A stretch of DNA of 64,000 nucleotides from Acidobacteriaceae bacterium. GTDB lineage: Bacteria > Acidobacteriota > Terriglobia > Terriglobales > Acidobacteriaceae. Every line of letters starts with the position of its first letter. The first letter of the stretch is position 1. Position numbers and translations under genes: made by a program. The stretch is from NCBI GenBank assembly GCA_003138975.1, contig PLHQ01000088.1, forward strand, positions 1,272-65,271, in the 5' to 3' direction. The notes beneath the pieces are model-generated. The model was not told the origin of the DNA. It made no database searches and saw only the letters and a program-made list of their open reading frames with translations. Below, piece by piece: positions 1 to 10,409 of the stretch.

Positions 1-477
1 GGGCTTGGCGCTTAACCGCTTGCGGATGGTGTCGATGGCATGCTCGAAATCCGCGCCCATCTTGTCGATCTTGTTGATGAAGCAAATGCGCGGCACGCCG
101 TACTTGTCGGCCTGGCGCCAGACTTTTTCCGACTGAGGCTGCACCCCGTGCACCGCGTCAAATACAGCCACGGCGCCGTCGAGCACGCGCAGCGAGCGCT
201 CCACTTCCGCCGTGAAATCCACGTGGCCGGGTGTGTCGATGATGTTAATGCGGATGTCGCGCCAGGTGCAGGTCGTAGCCGCGGAGGTGATCGTAATGCC
301 GCGCTCCTGCTCCTGCTCCATCCAATCCATCGTAGCCGTGCCTTCGTGCACCTCTCCGATGCGGTGCGTCTTTCCCGTATAAAACAGGATGCGCTCCGTC
401 GTAGTGGTCTTTCCGGCATCGATGTGGGCCATGATGCCGATGTTTCTGCAGCGTTCTAATGGTACTGTTCTGGGCAC
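1..477 (-). CDS. fusA: Elongation factor G (5' part; runs off the window)
   Basis: GTG at 477 reads [35 protein letters not shown]...[10 protein letters not shown]...[10 protein letters not shown]; lies downstream of rpsG. Confidence 0.98.
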   Translation of the reverse strand, partial: MPRTVPLERCRNIGIMAHIDAGKTTTTERILFYTGKTHRIGEVHEGTATMDWMEQEQERGITITSAATTCTWRDIRINIIDTPGHVDFTAEVERSLRVLDGAVAVFDAVHGVQPQSEKVWRQADKYGVPRICFINKIDKMGADFEHAIDTIRKRLSAKP

Positions 478-550
478 GACAATTAACTCTCTCTGGGCTC
501 CGAAATCAGCTGCCAGCTCTCAAGCCATCAGCCTTCAGTTAAAAAGTTCC

Positions 551-1027
<477 letters not shown>

Positions 1028-1037
1028 TTAACTCCTC

Positions 1038-1415
1038 TTAGCCCTTCTTCGCACGCTTGGCGCCGTATTTCGAACGTCCCTGCTGGCGATTGGCTACCCC
1101 CACCGCATCCAGCGTTCCGCGGATCACGTGATAGCGCACGCCTGGCAGATCCTTCACGCGGCCCCCGCGGATCAGCACAATGGAGTGCTCCTGCAGGTTA
1201 TGGCCAACACCGGGGATGTAGGTTGTGACCTCAATCCCGTTGGTCAGCCGCACGCGCGCCACTTTGCGCAACGCCGAGTTTGGCTTCTTGGGCGTCTGCG
1301 TATACACGCGGGTGCAAACGCCGCGCTTCTGCGGACATCCCTGCAGCGCAGGACTGGCCGTCTTGTACCGTGGCCGCTTGCGACCGTTCGCCACCAATTG
1401 ATTAAAAGTAGGCAC
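1038..1415 (-). CDS. rpsL: 30S ribosomal protein S12
   Basis: GTG start (MPTFNQLV), [23 protein letters not shown]. Confidence 0.99.
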   Translation of the reverse strand: MPTFNQLVANGRKRPRYKTASPALQGCPQKRGVCTRVYTQTPKKPNSALRKVARVRLTNGIEVTTYIPGVGHNLQEHSIVLIRGGRVKDLPGVRYHVIRGTLDAVGVANRQQGRSKYGAKRAKKG

Positions 1416-1866
1416 TCTTTGCCGCTCCTTGCCGCGCACCGCAATCTGCCCTTGCAGGCGGGCAGCGCACAGCGTCATCCGCTTTCCCGGTCTTTAATTT
1501 CACGATCCGGGCTGACAGGCTCAACTGGCCAGCCATGCTTCTCGCCGCGCATCCATCGCGGAGAGAGATTCTGGGTTCCCGTTCTAGATTTGCGCTGTCG
1601 ACGGTGGCACCCGGCCAAAGCTACGGGGGTGCTCCGTATCGCCAGCTCTGTCCTGCATATCCTTCCGCAGACTACCCGTACGCATGATTCACTCGTACAG
1701 GATGCCCGAGGGCGAAAGGCAGCGCAGGACCATTTCAGCGAGGAAAATTTTCGGACTCATACGCAAGCCGAAAACGTATTTCTCAAAAGCCCAACCACAA
1801 GTCCACGCAATACTCCGCAGAACTCATGGCCTACAGCAAGCTTGGATTAACTCGCGGAACCAACCT

Positions 1867-1896
1867 ACTATAGCAACTCAGACGAAACATCGTCAA
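1867..1896 (-). promoter_or_regulatory. Putative sigma70 promoter of the str operon
   Basis: Minus strand TTGACG (1896-1891), 18 bp spacer, TATAGT (1872-1867) with an extended -10 TG. Confidence 0.6.
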
Positions 1897-2080
1897 CTCG
1901 TGTTTTTGCATCCCACTGCAAACGAGGGGTAGAGAGCAACGGATCCTGGAGACGCAAGGCGCCTTCGCCTTGCTGAATCCGCCTCCAGCCTCTACACTAC
2001 TCAAGTTTTCCATTCCAATTCATAATTTAAAAACGAGCGGCTCGCCCGCGGATGCAATCGTGAGGCGAACAAGAGGGTGC

Positions 2081-4507
2081 ATGGGAAGGTTGCGTTGCGT
2101 TCAGTGGGCGTGGTTCGGCATCACCACCTTTTTCTTTCTGTTCCTGGCAGCCTGCGGCGGAAGCAAACCGCCCGGTGCTTCGCCCTTCCCCGCAAAAATT
2201 ACTCTGAACCCCGCCACCAGCGCTTCCATGCAATTGGGAAGCACCTTGGTATTCACCGCCAGCGCGCAAAACGGCTCAAACACCAACATTTCGCCGACCT
2301 TCACCTACACTTCGAGCAATCCCGGAGTGGTCGACATCTCTCCCGCAGGCTCCGCCTGCGCCGGCAGTTGGAACGCCCCGTACTATAACGTTTGCACGCC
2401 CGCCGGCGGTGGCACGGCTCAGATCACAGCCTCAGCATTGGGAGCCACCAGCCCTCCCACTCTGGTTTTCGTTCATCCGCCAATCGATAACATTCAGGTC
2501 AGCCTGGTTCCTCCCGTCAATTCTCCCCCTCCCGCCTGCCCTGGCCAGACGGCGCTTCCCGCCGCATGTAACATCAACTTCAACGCCAACGCCGCCAACT
2601 ACTGTGTGTCGCAGAATCAGGTACAAACTCTGCAGGCCACCGCTTACAGCCAGGGCGTTGACATCACCGCCTCCGTCGGTCCATTCACCTGGAACCAAGC
2701 CAATCTGAACGTGGTCACAATCACTCCGATCGTATCTTCTGCCAACACTTCTTCCATCAACGTTCCCACCAACCAGGCAACCGTAGTCTCGAATACCCCC
2801 GGACAGACCGAAGTGGTCGCATCGGCTTCAGGAGTTGCCAGCCAGCCCTATGTTGCCGCAACCTGCCCTGTGCAGTGCATCGCGCTGCAGCTCGGTACCA
2901 ACGGTTCACAAAATATTGGCACGACTAGTTTCATCACGAACAAAGGCACATCGGAGACCATCACCGCGACGGCCGTCGACGTCCAGGGCTGCATCGTCCC
3001 CAAGCCCCCGCTGACGTGGACATCCTCTTCGCCAGCTGCAATTACTGCGGGCAGCGCCACCACAGCATGCTCCGCCGGCACCACCTGCACCATCGCCACT
3101 CCTCAGCCTGGAGCGGCTGCAATTACAGCATCGTGCACACCACCGACTTGCAACATCGGCTTCCCGCTGAATCCCGCGGGATATCCAACTGGCTCTCTCT
3201 ACATTCCCCAGCCGGTTTATCCGGTCACCGCCATTTCGGGATTAGTAACCGGCGCCACCACCCCAGCCAGTGTTCTGGCTAGCAGTCAGGATTGTTACAG
3301 CAATTCGCAGTGCGCGGTCGCGCTGTATGACATTGCAACGAACACGAATGTCGCGGGCAGCCCCACCTCGCTGCCCACGCCCCCCAATTCCGTGATGTTC
3401 GATCCGGCGGGAGACAAGGCCTATGCCGGCAGTCAGTATGGTGCACTGCTCATCACCAGCGCCAACATCGGATCGTCTTCCACTAGTCCCTTTACAGCGC
3501 TGCCCGCTTCGGGCACCCCGCTGGGTCTGGTAACGGGCAAGGTCATTGCCGTCTCCCCCAATGGCGCCCTTGCCGTCTTCTCGGATACAGTCTCTACCCC
3601 CAATCAGGTCTACGTCGTCAACGCAAGTTCTACTTCCGCAACTACCACCGCCCTGAATATCAATAGTGCAACCACGGCGGCTTTTTCGCCCGATAACTCA
3701 AAGGCCTTCATCCTCGGCGACGGCGGCAACACTTTATATGTTTATTCGACACTTCAGGCGCTGCAAGCGTATCCATTGACAGCGCCCGCGGACGCTATCG
3801 CGTTCTCTTCCAGTGGGGCATTTGTTTTCATCGCGGGCGGAAGTTCCACCTCAAACATCGACGTCCTCAACACCTGCGACAACTCGCCGGCTAGCTTGTC
3901 GATCACCGGGCTGCCAGCGACCCCCACGTTTCTCAAGATGGTTCCGCCGGGCAGCGCTCCCATGGGCAACGCCAGCGTTCCAGCTTTACAGACGGATGGC
4001 CTAGACGTTTTCATCGGTCTCGATAGCACTGGTATCGATATCATCGCGACCACAACGAAAACGCAGCTAACGACGACGCCGCTAACCCCGCTGTGTCCGC
4101 TGCAAGAAATCGCACTCGCCGAGCCGGTCGGACAGACCACGCCTTTCAATCCCATCCACATCAATCTCCAAAAGGGAACATTTCTCCCTCTTAGTTTTTT
4201 CCTCTCGCCGGACGGTACGCGGGTCTACATCGTGACCAGCGACCAGGGCGTTTTGGTCTATAACTTCAGCACCCAATCGACAAGTGGGATCCCGCTCAAC
4301 GGAAACGCCGCCCCCGTGGCCGGAGACATGACCGTGGACGGCACTCTGCTATACGTGGCCGGCACCGATGGGGTGCTGCATGAACTCAACACTGCCACAG
4401 CCTTGGATGTGATGGAGATCCCCTTTCCGCAGCTCCCCAACTCCTCCAACAACTTTTGCTATTCCTCGTACAGTTGCTCGCTGAATCTGGTGGCTATAAA
4501 ACCGTAA
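2081..4507 (+). CDS. Large Cys/Ser/Thr-rich lipoprotein with Ig-like domains and a C-terminal beta-propeller
   Basis: Lipobox FLAA-C; Big_2-like segments (FTYTSSNPGVV, TWTSSSP); propeller repeats (FDPAGDKAY, FSPDNSKAF, LSPDGTRVY). Confidence 0.7.
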   Translation: MGRLRCVQWAWFGITTFFFLFLAACGGSKPPGASPFPAKITLNPATSASMQLGSTLVFTASAQNGSNTNISPTFTYTSSNPGVVDISPAGSACAGSWNAPYYNVCTPAGGGTAQITASALGATSPPTLVFVHPPIDNIQVSLVPPVNSPPPACPGQTALPAACNINFNANAANYCVSQNQVQTLQATAYSQGVDITASVGPFTWNQANLNVVTITPIVSSANTSSINVPTNQATVVSNTPGQTEVVASASGVASQPYVAATCPVQCIALQLGTNGSQNIGTTSFITNKGTSETITATAVDVQGCIVPKPPLTWTSSSPAAITAGSATTACSAGTTCTIATPQPGAAAITASCTPPTCNIGFPLNPAGYPTGSLYIPQPVYPVTAISGLVTGATTPASVLASSQDCYSNSQCAVALYDIATNTNVAGSPTSLPTPPNSVMFDPAGDKAYAGSQYGALLITSANIGSSSTSPFTALPASGTPLGLVTGKVIAVSPNGALAVFSDTVSTPNQVYVVNASSTSATTTALNINSATTAAFSPDNSKAFILGDGGNTLYVYSTLQALQAYPLTAPADAIAFSSSGAFVFIAGGSSTSNIDVLNTCDNSPASLSITGLPATPTFLKMVPPGSAPMGNASVPALQTDGLDVFIGLDSTGIDIIATTTKTQLTTTPLTPLCPLQEIALAEPVGQTTPFNPIHINLQKGTFLPLSFFLSPDGTRVYIVTSDQGVLVYNFSTQSTSGIPLNGNAAPVAGDMTVDGTLLYVAGTDGVLHELNTATALDVMEIPFPQLPNSSNNFCYSSYSCSLNLVAIKP

Positions 4508-4586
4508 GTTAGACAAGCCGCGAGTTCGTAGCCTTTGGAACAAGAATGATTCAGGTGGGCTAGTGGCAGGGTTATGCGCAACTCAT

Positions 4587-5003
4587 CTACGCCGGTTTCT
4601 GCAGTTCCTTCGCCACGCTATCGAGCACACCGTTGACGAACTGCACCGATTCCAGGCTGGAAAATTTTCGTGCGATCTCCAACGATTCGTTGATCACCAC
4701 CGCACGCGGCGTCTCCGGATAGGCCAGAAATTCCGCCACTCCCGCGCGTAACAGATTGCGATCCACCGCCGCCATGCGCTCCATGCGCCAGTGTTCCGCG
4801 TGACGTTCGATCAGCTTATCGATTTCCGCTCCGCGATCAGTCGCCACGCGAAACAAATCGTCCGCAAACCCGCGCACGTCGGCGCTGGTCCCGCCATGCT
4901 CCGCCCAGAACGTCTGCCGCACATGATCCACCGTCTGCTTGCCCATGTCCGCCTGAAACAGCATCTGCAGAACCAGTTCGCGAGATTTGCGACGAGTACC
5001 CAT
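4587..5003 (-). CDS. nusB: Transcription antitermination factor NusB
   Basis: RRKSRELVLQMLFQ, DRNLLR, FVNGVLD; follows ribH. Confidence 0.97.
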   Translation of the reverse strand: MGTRRKSRELVLQMLFQADMGKQTVDHVRQTFWAEHGGTSADVRGFADDLFRVATDRGAEIDKLIERHAEHWRMERMAAVDRNLLRAGVAEFLAYPETPRAVVINESLEIARKFSSLESVQFVNGVLDSVAKELQKPA

Positions 5004-5051
5004 AAGAAATATTGCGTGGAAAGTGGATAATTGCAGTTTACTGCAGAGAGG

Positions 5052-5633
5052 TTAGTTACGCCGCTTTGTCTTCGAACCCCTGGCTTTAGATTTATTGCTC
5101 GCGGAGCGAGGAATCTCCTTCTTAACAGCTGATAGCTGACGCCCGATAGCGTGTTTCAACGATGCCATCTCCACCGCAGCCAGCGCCGCCTCGAATCCCT
5201 TATTGCCCATCTTCAGTCCGGCGCGGTCAATGGCCTGCTCCAAGGTCTCGCAGGTGAGCACCCCGAAGGCATGCGGCACTCCCGTTTCCTGAGCCGACTG
5301 CCCAATTCCGCGCGTCACTTCGTTCACGATCACGTCGTAGTGAGCGGTATCGCCGCGCAGCAAACAACCGAGGCAGATGATCGCGTCGTACTTCTTTGTC
5401 TCCGCCAGTTTCCGCGCCGCCAGCGGAATCTCGAACGCCCCCGGAACCCGGATTAGCTCTATATCTTCTTTTTTCGCACCAGAGCGCAGCAGCCCGTCAT
5501 ATGCGCTGAGAAAAAGTCTCTCCGTGATGAAGGCATTGAATCGCGAAACGACGATGGCAAACCGCTTCCCCTCAGCGCTCAATGTACCTTCGAGTGCGCG
5601 CAACTCGGGCTCGGGAGGAATTTCCAGAACCAA
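5052..5633 (-). CDS. ribH: 6,7-dimethyl-8-ribityllumazine synthase
   Basis: IVVSRFNAFIT, VPGAFEIP, RGDTAHYD, GNKGFEAALAAVEM; start uncertain. Confidence 0.95.
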   Translation of the reverse strand: MVLEIPPEPELRALEGTLSAEGKRFAIVVSRFNAFITERLFLSAYDGLLRSGAKKEDIELIRVPGAFEIPLAARKLAETKKYDAIICLGCLLRGDTAHYDVIVNEVTRGIGQSAQETGVPHAFGVLTCETLEQAIDRAGLKMGNKGFEAALAAVEMASLKHAIGRQLSAVKKEIPRSASNKSKARGSKTKRRN

Positions 5634-5708
5634 ATCCTGATTATCTCTTTTCTCCGTGACTCAGTGTCTCCGTGGTGAATTCAGTTTGATGGAACTTCCG
5701 TGGCAGAT

Positions 5709-6491
5709 TCACTTCCCCTTGAACTGCGCCGCTCGCTTCTCCAGAAACGCCGAAGTCCCTTCCTTCTTGTCCTCGGTCGCGCAGGCCACAGCAAACAGCA
5801 CCGCCTCCAGGTACAATCCCTCGCTCAAAGTCATCTCCATACCCTTGTTCACGGCCTCCATGGCATACTGCACCGCCAGCGGCGCGTTGGTGATGATCTT
5901 CGCCGCAACCGCCTCCGCCCGCGGAATCAACTCCGCCGCAGCCGTAACTTCATTCACCAACCCAATGCGATGCGCTTCCTGCGCCGTGATCATCTCGCCC
6001 GCCAGCACCATCTGCATAGCAATGCCTTTGCCCACCAGTCGTGGCAACCGCTGCGTTCCGCCGTAGCCCGGGATAATCCCCAGCTTCACTTCGGGCTGCC
6101 CCAACTTCGCATTCTCACTCGCCAATCGCATGGTGCACGCCATCGCGATCTCACATCCTCCACCCAGCGCAAATCCGTTGATGCACGCGATCACCGGCTT
6201 GCCCAAATTTTCGATCAAGTTAAGAACGCTCTGCCCGCGGTGCGTGTATTCTTTTCCGCTGACCGCGTCATGCTTTGACAGCTCGGCAATGTCTGCGCCG
6301 GCGATGAACGCCTTCTCGCCCGCCCCGGTAAAGATAACAACGCGAATCGCCGCGTCGTTCTTGATGTCATGAAACGCCGCCCGCAACTCTTCCATGGTGG
6401 CCATGTTCAGCGCGTTCAGCACCTTCGGCCGGTTCACGGTGACGTAGGCAATCGAGTTTTTCTTTTCCAGAAGAAGATTTTCGAAGTTCAT
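5709..6491 (-). CDS. crt: Enoyl-CoA hydratase (crotonase)
   Basis: NRPKVLNAL, AFIAGADI, GGGCEIAMAC, PEVKLGIIPGYGGTQRL. Confidence 0.92.
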   Translation of the reverse strand: MNFENLLLEKKNSIAYVTVNRPKVLNALNMATMEELRAAFHDIKNDAAIRVVIFTGAGEKAFIAGADIAELSKHDAVSGKEYTHRGQSVLNLIENLGKPVIACINGFALGGGCEIAMACTMRLASENAKLGQPEVKLGIIPGYGGTQRLPRLVGKGIAMQMVLAGEMITAQEAHRIGLVNEVTAAAELIPRAEAVAAKIITNAPLAVQYAMEAVNKGMEMTLSEGLYLEAVLFAVACATEDKKEGTSAFLEKRAAQFKGK

Positions 6492-6535
6492 AAATTCAAA
6501 CCTGCCATGGATTCACTCGGATCAAATCACTTCCA

Positions 6536-6602
6536 ACCACGGAGGCACCGAGACACAGAGAACGAAGGACGATCTTCCTCCGTGTCTCCGTGTCTCTGTG
6601 GT
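6536..6602. repeat. Palindromic REP-like element built from 8-bp units (CACRGAGR / YCTCYGTG); half copy at 5652-5679
   Basis: accacggaggcaccgagacacagag ... ctccgtgtctccgtgtctctgtggt. Confidence 0.8.
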
Positions 6603-6638
6603 GAAATTTCAAATCCGCGTCTATCCGTGGCTGCAAAT

Positions 6639-6962
6639 TCACTTCCTCCGCACCACCACTGCCACTTCATCCTTGCTCAACCCGCAACTGATGCAACGCT
6701 GCGTCCACAGCCGGTTGGCGAATATTTTCCCGCACCGCGGACACCTCCATTCCGTCAGCCACCAAGCCCCCGCCAGGTATACGCAGATCCAGCCCACCAG
6801 CATCGCGAAATCTTTAACTTCGCCAAGTTTGAGCCTTGCGACCATAAAGCCCAGAAGCACAAAGCTGAGAAAAAGCACCACAACCAGATTCCGCCGCGCC
6901 ACGTAGCTGTGCCACGCTCGCCGATACCGTTCCACATCCTGCGGACTGATTTCGCCTGGCAT
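6639..6962 (-). CDS. Small membrane protein with a C-terminal zinc ribbon
   Basis: Two hydrophobic helices, then CPRCG...CISCG. Confidence 0.65.
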   Translation of the reverse strand: MPGEISPQDVERYRRAWHSYVARRNLVVVLFLSFVLLGFMVARLKLGEVKDFAMLVGWICVYLAGAWWLTEWRCPRCGKIFANRLWTQRCISCGLSKDEVAVVVRRK

Positions 6963-7002
6963 CTTTCTTGATCGTCTCCGCGAACGCGAATTGAGGCTGG
7001 CC

Positions 7003-7896
7003 CTAGAGTTTATTCGCCTTTGGATTATTCGGATCGGAATAATCGTAAAACCCTTTACCCGTCTTCTTCCCGTACCACCCTGCCATCACCAGTCGCTTCA
7101 GCAGCGGAGGCGATGCAAACCGCCGCTCCTTGAACTCCTCAAACATCACCTGCGTGATGTAATAAGTAGTTTCGAGTCCCACAAAATCCAGCAGAGTAAA
7201 CGGCCCCATGGGATATCCGCAGCCCAGCTTCATGGCGTTATCGATGTCTTCAATCGATCCCACGCCCTCTTCATAGGCCCGAATGGCATCAAGCAAATAC
7301 GGCACCAGCAGCCGGTTGACAATGAAGCCCGTCTTGTCCGACGTGCGCACCGGAACCTTACCCAGCTTCTTGCCAAATTCGTAAGCCGTCTGGTAAACAT
7401 CGTCGGCGGTGGCAATCGTCCGCACCACTTCCACCAGCTTCATCAGCGGCACGGGATTAAAAAAGTGCAGCCCGATAAACCGCTCCGGACGCATCACTGA
7501 AGTCAGCAGCTCGGTCACCGAAATCGAAGACGTATTCGAAGCGAAGATTGCGTCTTTCTTCACCACGCCATCGAGTGACGCATACATCTTCTTCTTTTCT
7601 TCCACGTTCTCGATGATCGCTTCAATAATAATGTCGCAATCGGCCAGGTTGGCCTGGTTCGTCGTCCCCTTGAGCCGCCCCCGGATCGCGTCCTTCTGCT
7701 GCGCCGTGATCCCGCCCTTCTCCACTGGACGCTCGGCAAACTTCGCCAAAGATTTCTCGATCCCAGCAAACCCCTTGTCGAGAAACTTCTGCTCGACTTC
7801 AAGCACGGTCACATCGAATCCGGCCATAGCGCACACCTGCGCAATGCCGGAACCCATCAGCCCACACCCGAGAACACCAACCTGCTTGATTTCCAT
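7003..7896 (-). CDS. hbd: 3-hydroxybutyryl-CoA dehydrogenase (copy 1)
   Basis: GCGLMGSGIA, SNTSSIS, HFFNPV, GFIVNRLL, PMGPF. Confidence 0.92.
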   Translation of the reverse strand: MEIKQVGVLGCGLMGSGIAQVCAMAGFDVTVLEVEQKFLDKGFAGIEKSLAKFAERPVEKGGITAQQKDAIRGRLKGTTNQANLADCDIIIEAIIENVEEKKKMYASLDGVVKKDAIFASNTSSISVTELLTSVMRPERFIGLHFFNPVPLMKLVEVVRTIATADDVYQTAYEFGKKLGKVPVRTSDKTGFIVNRLLVPYLLDAIRAYEEGVGSIEDIDNAMKLGCGYPMGPFTLLDFVGLETTYYITQVMFEEFKERRFASPPLLKRLVMAGWYGKKTGKGFYDYSDPNNPKANKL

Positions 7897-7924
7897 GATT
7901 GCTTTCCTCACACCAAAAAATTAT

Positions 7925-8504
7925 CTTGTCATTCTGAGCGAAGCGAAGAACCTATGCACTTTGCCCGCGGCGCTGAAATGCATGGTTCTGCTTAGTTAGG
8001 CTTTGCACCCGTCGGAGCGCGTTCAATTACTATTTTCAGATCGAGTAACCCGTAGCTTCTCTCCGGTTCATCACATCGGAAGTAAACTCGAACTGCACCT
8101 TTGCACCCTGGGCGATAGAAATCTGCGAATGCGTTTTCATCCGTCAACCGGGGCGCTGCCTCACGTTCGATGGCTTGCCTGTCTTGATAGATTAGGTTTG
8201 AGAAGGCGCTACGCACATGCTTGCTGAAATCGCTCCACTCAAATCCAGTCTCCGTGCTGCAGGTGGGGCACAAGTAAATTGTCCATCTGTTGCTATATCC
8301 CCGACGCTCGGATGAACCTTCGCGAAAATTTCCCTTATAGTCGCAGCCCAACAAAGTAAATCTCTCCTTTGCAGCCACCATCATTCCAATTCAGCCTCCG
8401 AATATCTTATGGCTCTGAGAGATGCGAAGGTGCGTAAGCATTTCCGCCTGCGCCAGCAAACTGCATCGGTCCTTCGCGGGAAAGACTCCGCTCAGGATGA
8501 CAAG
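7925..8504. repeat. REP-type inverted arms bracketing an ORFan
   Basis: cttgtcattctgagcg (7925-7940) and cgctcaggatgacaag (8489-8504) are 15/16 complementary. Confidence 0.75.
7992..8384 (-). CDS. Hypothetical protein (ORFan, CPTC motif)
   Basis: 130 aa ORF, GGAGG upstream, more AT-rich than its neighbours. Confidence 0.55.
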   Translation of the reverse strand: MMVAAKERFTLLGCDYKGNFREGSSERRGYSNRWTIYLCPTCSTETGFEWSDFSKHVRSAFSNLIYQDRQAIEREAAPRLTDENAFADFYRPGCKGAVRVYFRCDEPERSYGLLDLKIVIERAPTGAKPN

Positions 8505-8520
8505 TGTTCGTTGACCAACG

Positions 8521-9720
8521 CTAATTCAAGCTCTCCACAATCATCGCAATCCCCTGCCCGCCGCCAATGCAAGCCGTAGCCAGACCATACTTCTTCTTCC
8601 GCCGCCGCAATTCATAGAGCAGCGTAATCACCAGCCGCGTCCCGGTCGCTCCCAGCGGATGCCCCAACGCAATCGCGCCGCCGTTCACATTCACCTTCTC
8701 TCGATCCAATCCGAGTTCCTTCTCCACCGCCAGATACTGCGCCGCGAACGCCTCATTCACTTCAATCAAATCAATGTAGTCGAGCGACAACCCAGCCTTC
8801 TGCAGCGCCACCTTCGTCGCCGGCACCGGACCGCGCCCCATCAGCTTCGGTTCAACTCCCGCAATTCCCCAACTCACAATCCGCCCTAGCGGCTGAATAC
8901 TTCGCTTGCGGGCCTCCTCTAGCGACATCAACACCACCGCCGCGCCGCCATCCACAATGCCACTGGCGTTGCCTGCTGTGACTGTGCCATTTTTTCCGAA
9001 CGCAGCCTTTAGCTTCCCCAAGCCTTCCATCGTGGTCTGCGGACGCCGGTGGTCATCTTCGGTCAGCGATTCCCCCGTAGCCTCACCCTTCGAGTTCCGC
9101 AGCGGCACCGGAACCAGCTCTTCCTGAATGCGTCCTTCTTTATAGGCCGCATCGGCTTTCTGCTGCGAGCGCAGCGCGAATTCATCCTGCGCCTGCCGCG
9201 TGATACCCTGCTGCTCACCATACGCCTCCGCCGTGTTCGCCATGTACAGCCCGCAATAGCTGTCGAGCAGTGCGACCATCAGCGAGTCTTCCAGCTTCCC
9301 GCCCGGAGCCAGCGTAAATCCGTCACGCCCGCGAATCACAAATGGAGCCTGCGACATGGCTTCCATTCCGCCCGCCAGCACAATCTTCGCTTCGTCCAAC
9401 TGAATCATTTGCGCCGCGTTCACAATCGACTGCATCCCGCTTCCGCACAGCCGGTTCACCGTCAGCGCCGGAGTTTCGATCGGCAGCCCCGCGCGCAAGC
9501 CCACATGCCGCGCCCCATACAGCGCATCGCCCGAAGTCTGCTGCGCATTGCCAAACACAGCATGATCAAACTCCTTCGCATCGATCCCCGACCGCTCAAT
9601 CGCTCCCTTGGCCGCAAACGCGCCTAACTCCTGCGCCGTAAAATCCTTCAACTTGCCGCAGTAGCGGCCAAAGGGCGTGCGCGCCCCGCTGACAATCGCG
9701 ATATCACCCGGTTTCAACAT
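8521..9720 (-). CDS. Acetyl-CoA C-acyltransferase (thiolase)
   Basis: [27 protein letters not shown]. Confidence 0.95.
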   Translation of the reverse strand: MLKPGDIAIVSGARTPFGRYCGKLKDFTAQELGAFAAKGAIERSGIDAKEFDHAVFGNAQQTSGDALYGARHVGLRAGLPIETPALTVNRLCGSGMQSIVNAAQMIQLDEAKIVLAGGMEAMSQAPFVIRGRDGFTLAPGGKLEDSLMVALLDSYCGLYMANTAEAYGEQQGITRQAQDEFALRSQQKADAAYKEGRIQEELVPVPLRNSKGEATGESLTEDDHRRPQTTMEGLGKLKAAFGKNGTVTAGNASGIVDGGAAVVLMSLEEARKRSIQPLGRIVSWGIAGVEPKLMGRGPVPATKVALQKAGLSLDYIDLIEVNEAFAAQYLAVEKELGLDREKVNVNGGAIALGHPLGATGTRLVITLLYELRRRKKKYGLATACIGGGQGIAMIVESLN

Positions 9721-9873
9721 GGCTTTCCTGAAAGAATCCGCGCTCAGAGCACATCCAAACTGATAATCAAACTGGTTAGTGTAGCAGCGCGTGAGGAGAT
9801 TTGACCACCAAGAGGTTTGCTTTAGATGCGACCACCGACATCGTGGTACATTCGCCCACCAAGGGGGAGTCAG

Positions 9874-10299
9874 ATGGAACAGCGCGTAAGCATAATCACG
9901 CTTGGCGTGGCGGATCTAAAACGCAGCAGGGAATTCTACGAGCGCCTCGGATGGCGCCGGTCAATGGCCAAGGCGGAAGGTGTCATATTCTTCCAGGCAG
10001 GAGGGATGGCCCTTGCTCTGTTCCCCCGACACGAGCTTGCAAAGGATGCGAATGTTGCCCCGGACGGCCACGGCTTCAACGGAATCTCGCTTGCCTACAA
10101 CACTCGAAGTCGTGCAGAAGTTGACTCGGTACTCAAAGATGCTGCAGCCGCAGGCGGAAGGCTTGTCAAGCCCGCCCAGGAAGCCTTCTGGGGCGGCTAT
10201 TCAGGGTACTTCTCCGACCCGGACGCGTTTCTATGGGAGGTCGCCTGGAATCCCTCCTTTCCGATAGCGGAGGATGGAAGTATTCGAATTCCGGACTAG
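9874..10299 (+). CDS. VOC/glyoxalase family protein
   Basis: ITLGVADLKRSREFYE, FWGGYSGYFSDPD. Confidence 0.9.
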   Translation: MEQRVSIITLGVADLKRSREFYERLGWRRSMAKAEGVIFFQAGGMALALFPRHELAKDANVAPDGHGFNGISLAYNTRSRAEVDSVLKDAAAAGGRLVKPAQEAFWGGYSGYFSDPDAFLWEVAWNPSFPIAEDGSIRIPD

Positions 10300-10409
10300 C
10301 CGTGAATTCCCCCGGTTAACGGCCGGTCTAATCAAGCTGATCGCTACCGACGACCACGCCAAGAGGTAGGATTGATCCAGTGATTCGGTGACTCAATGAG
10401 TCAATTTTT

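Noticed and set aside
1038..1415. Streptomycin-resistance allele of rpsL
   Set aside because: PKKPNS and RVKDLPG are wild type
7980..8002. attC-like GCCTAAC at the ORFan stop (integron cassette)
   Set aside because: No complementary GTTRRRY end at a suitable distance and no integrase in the window
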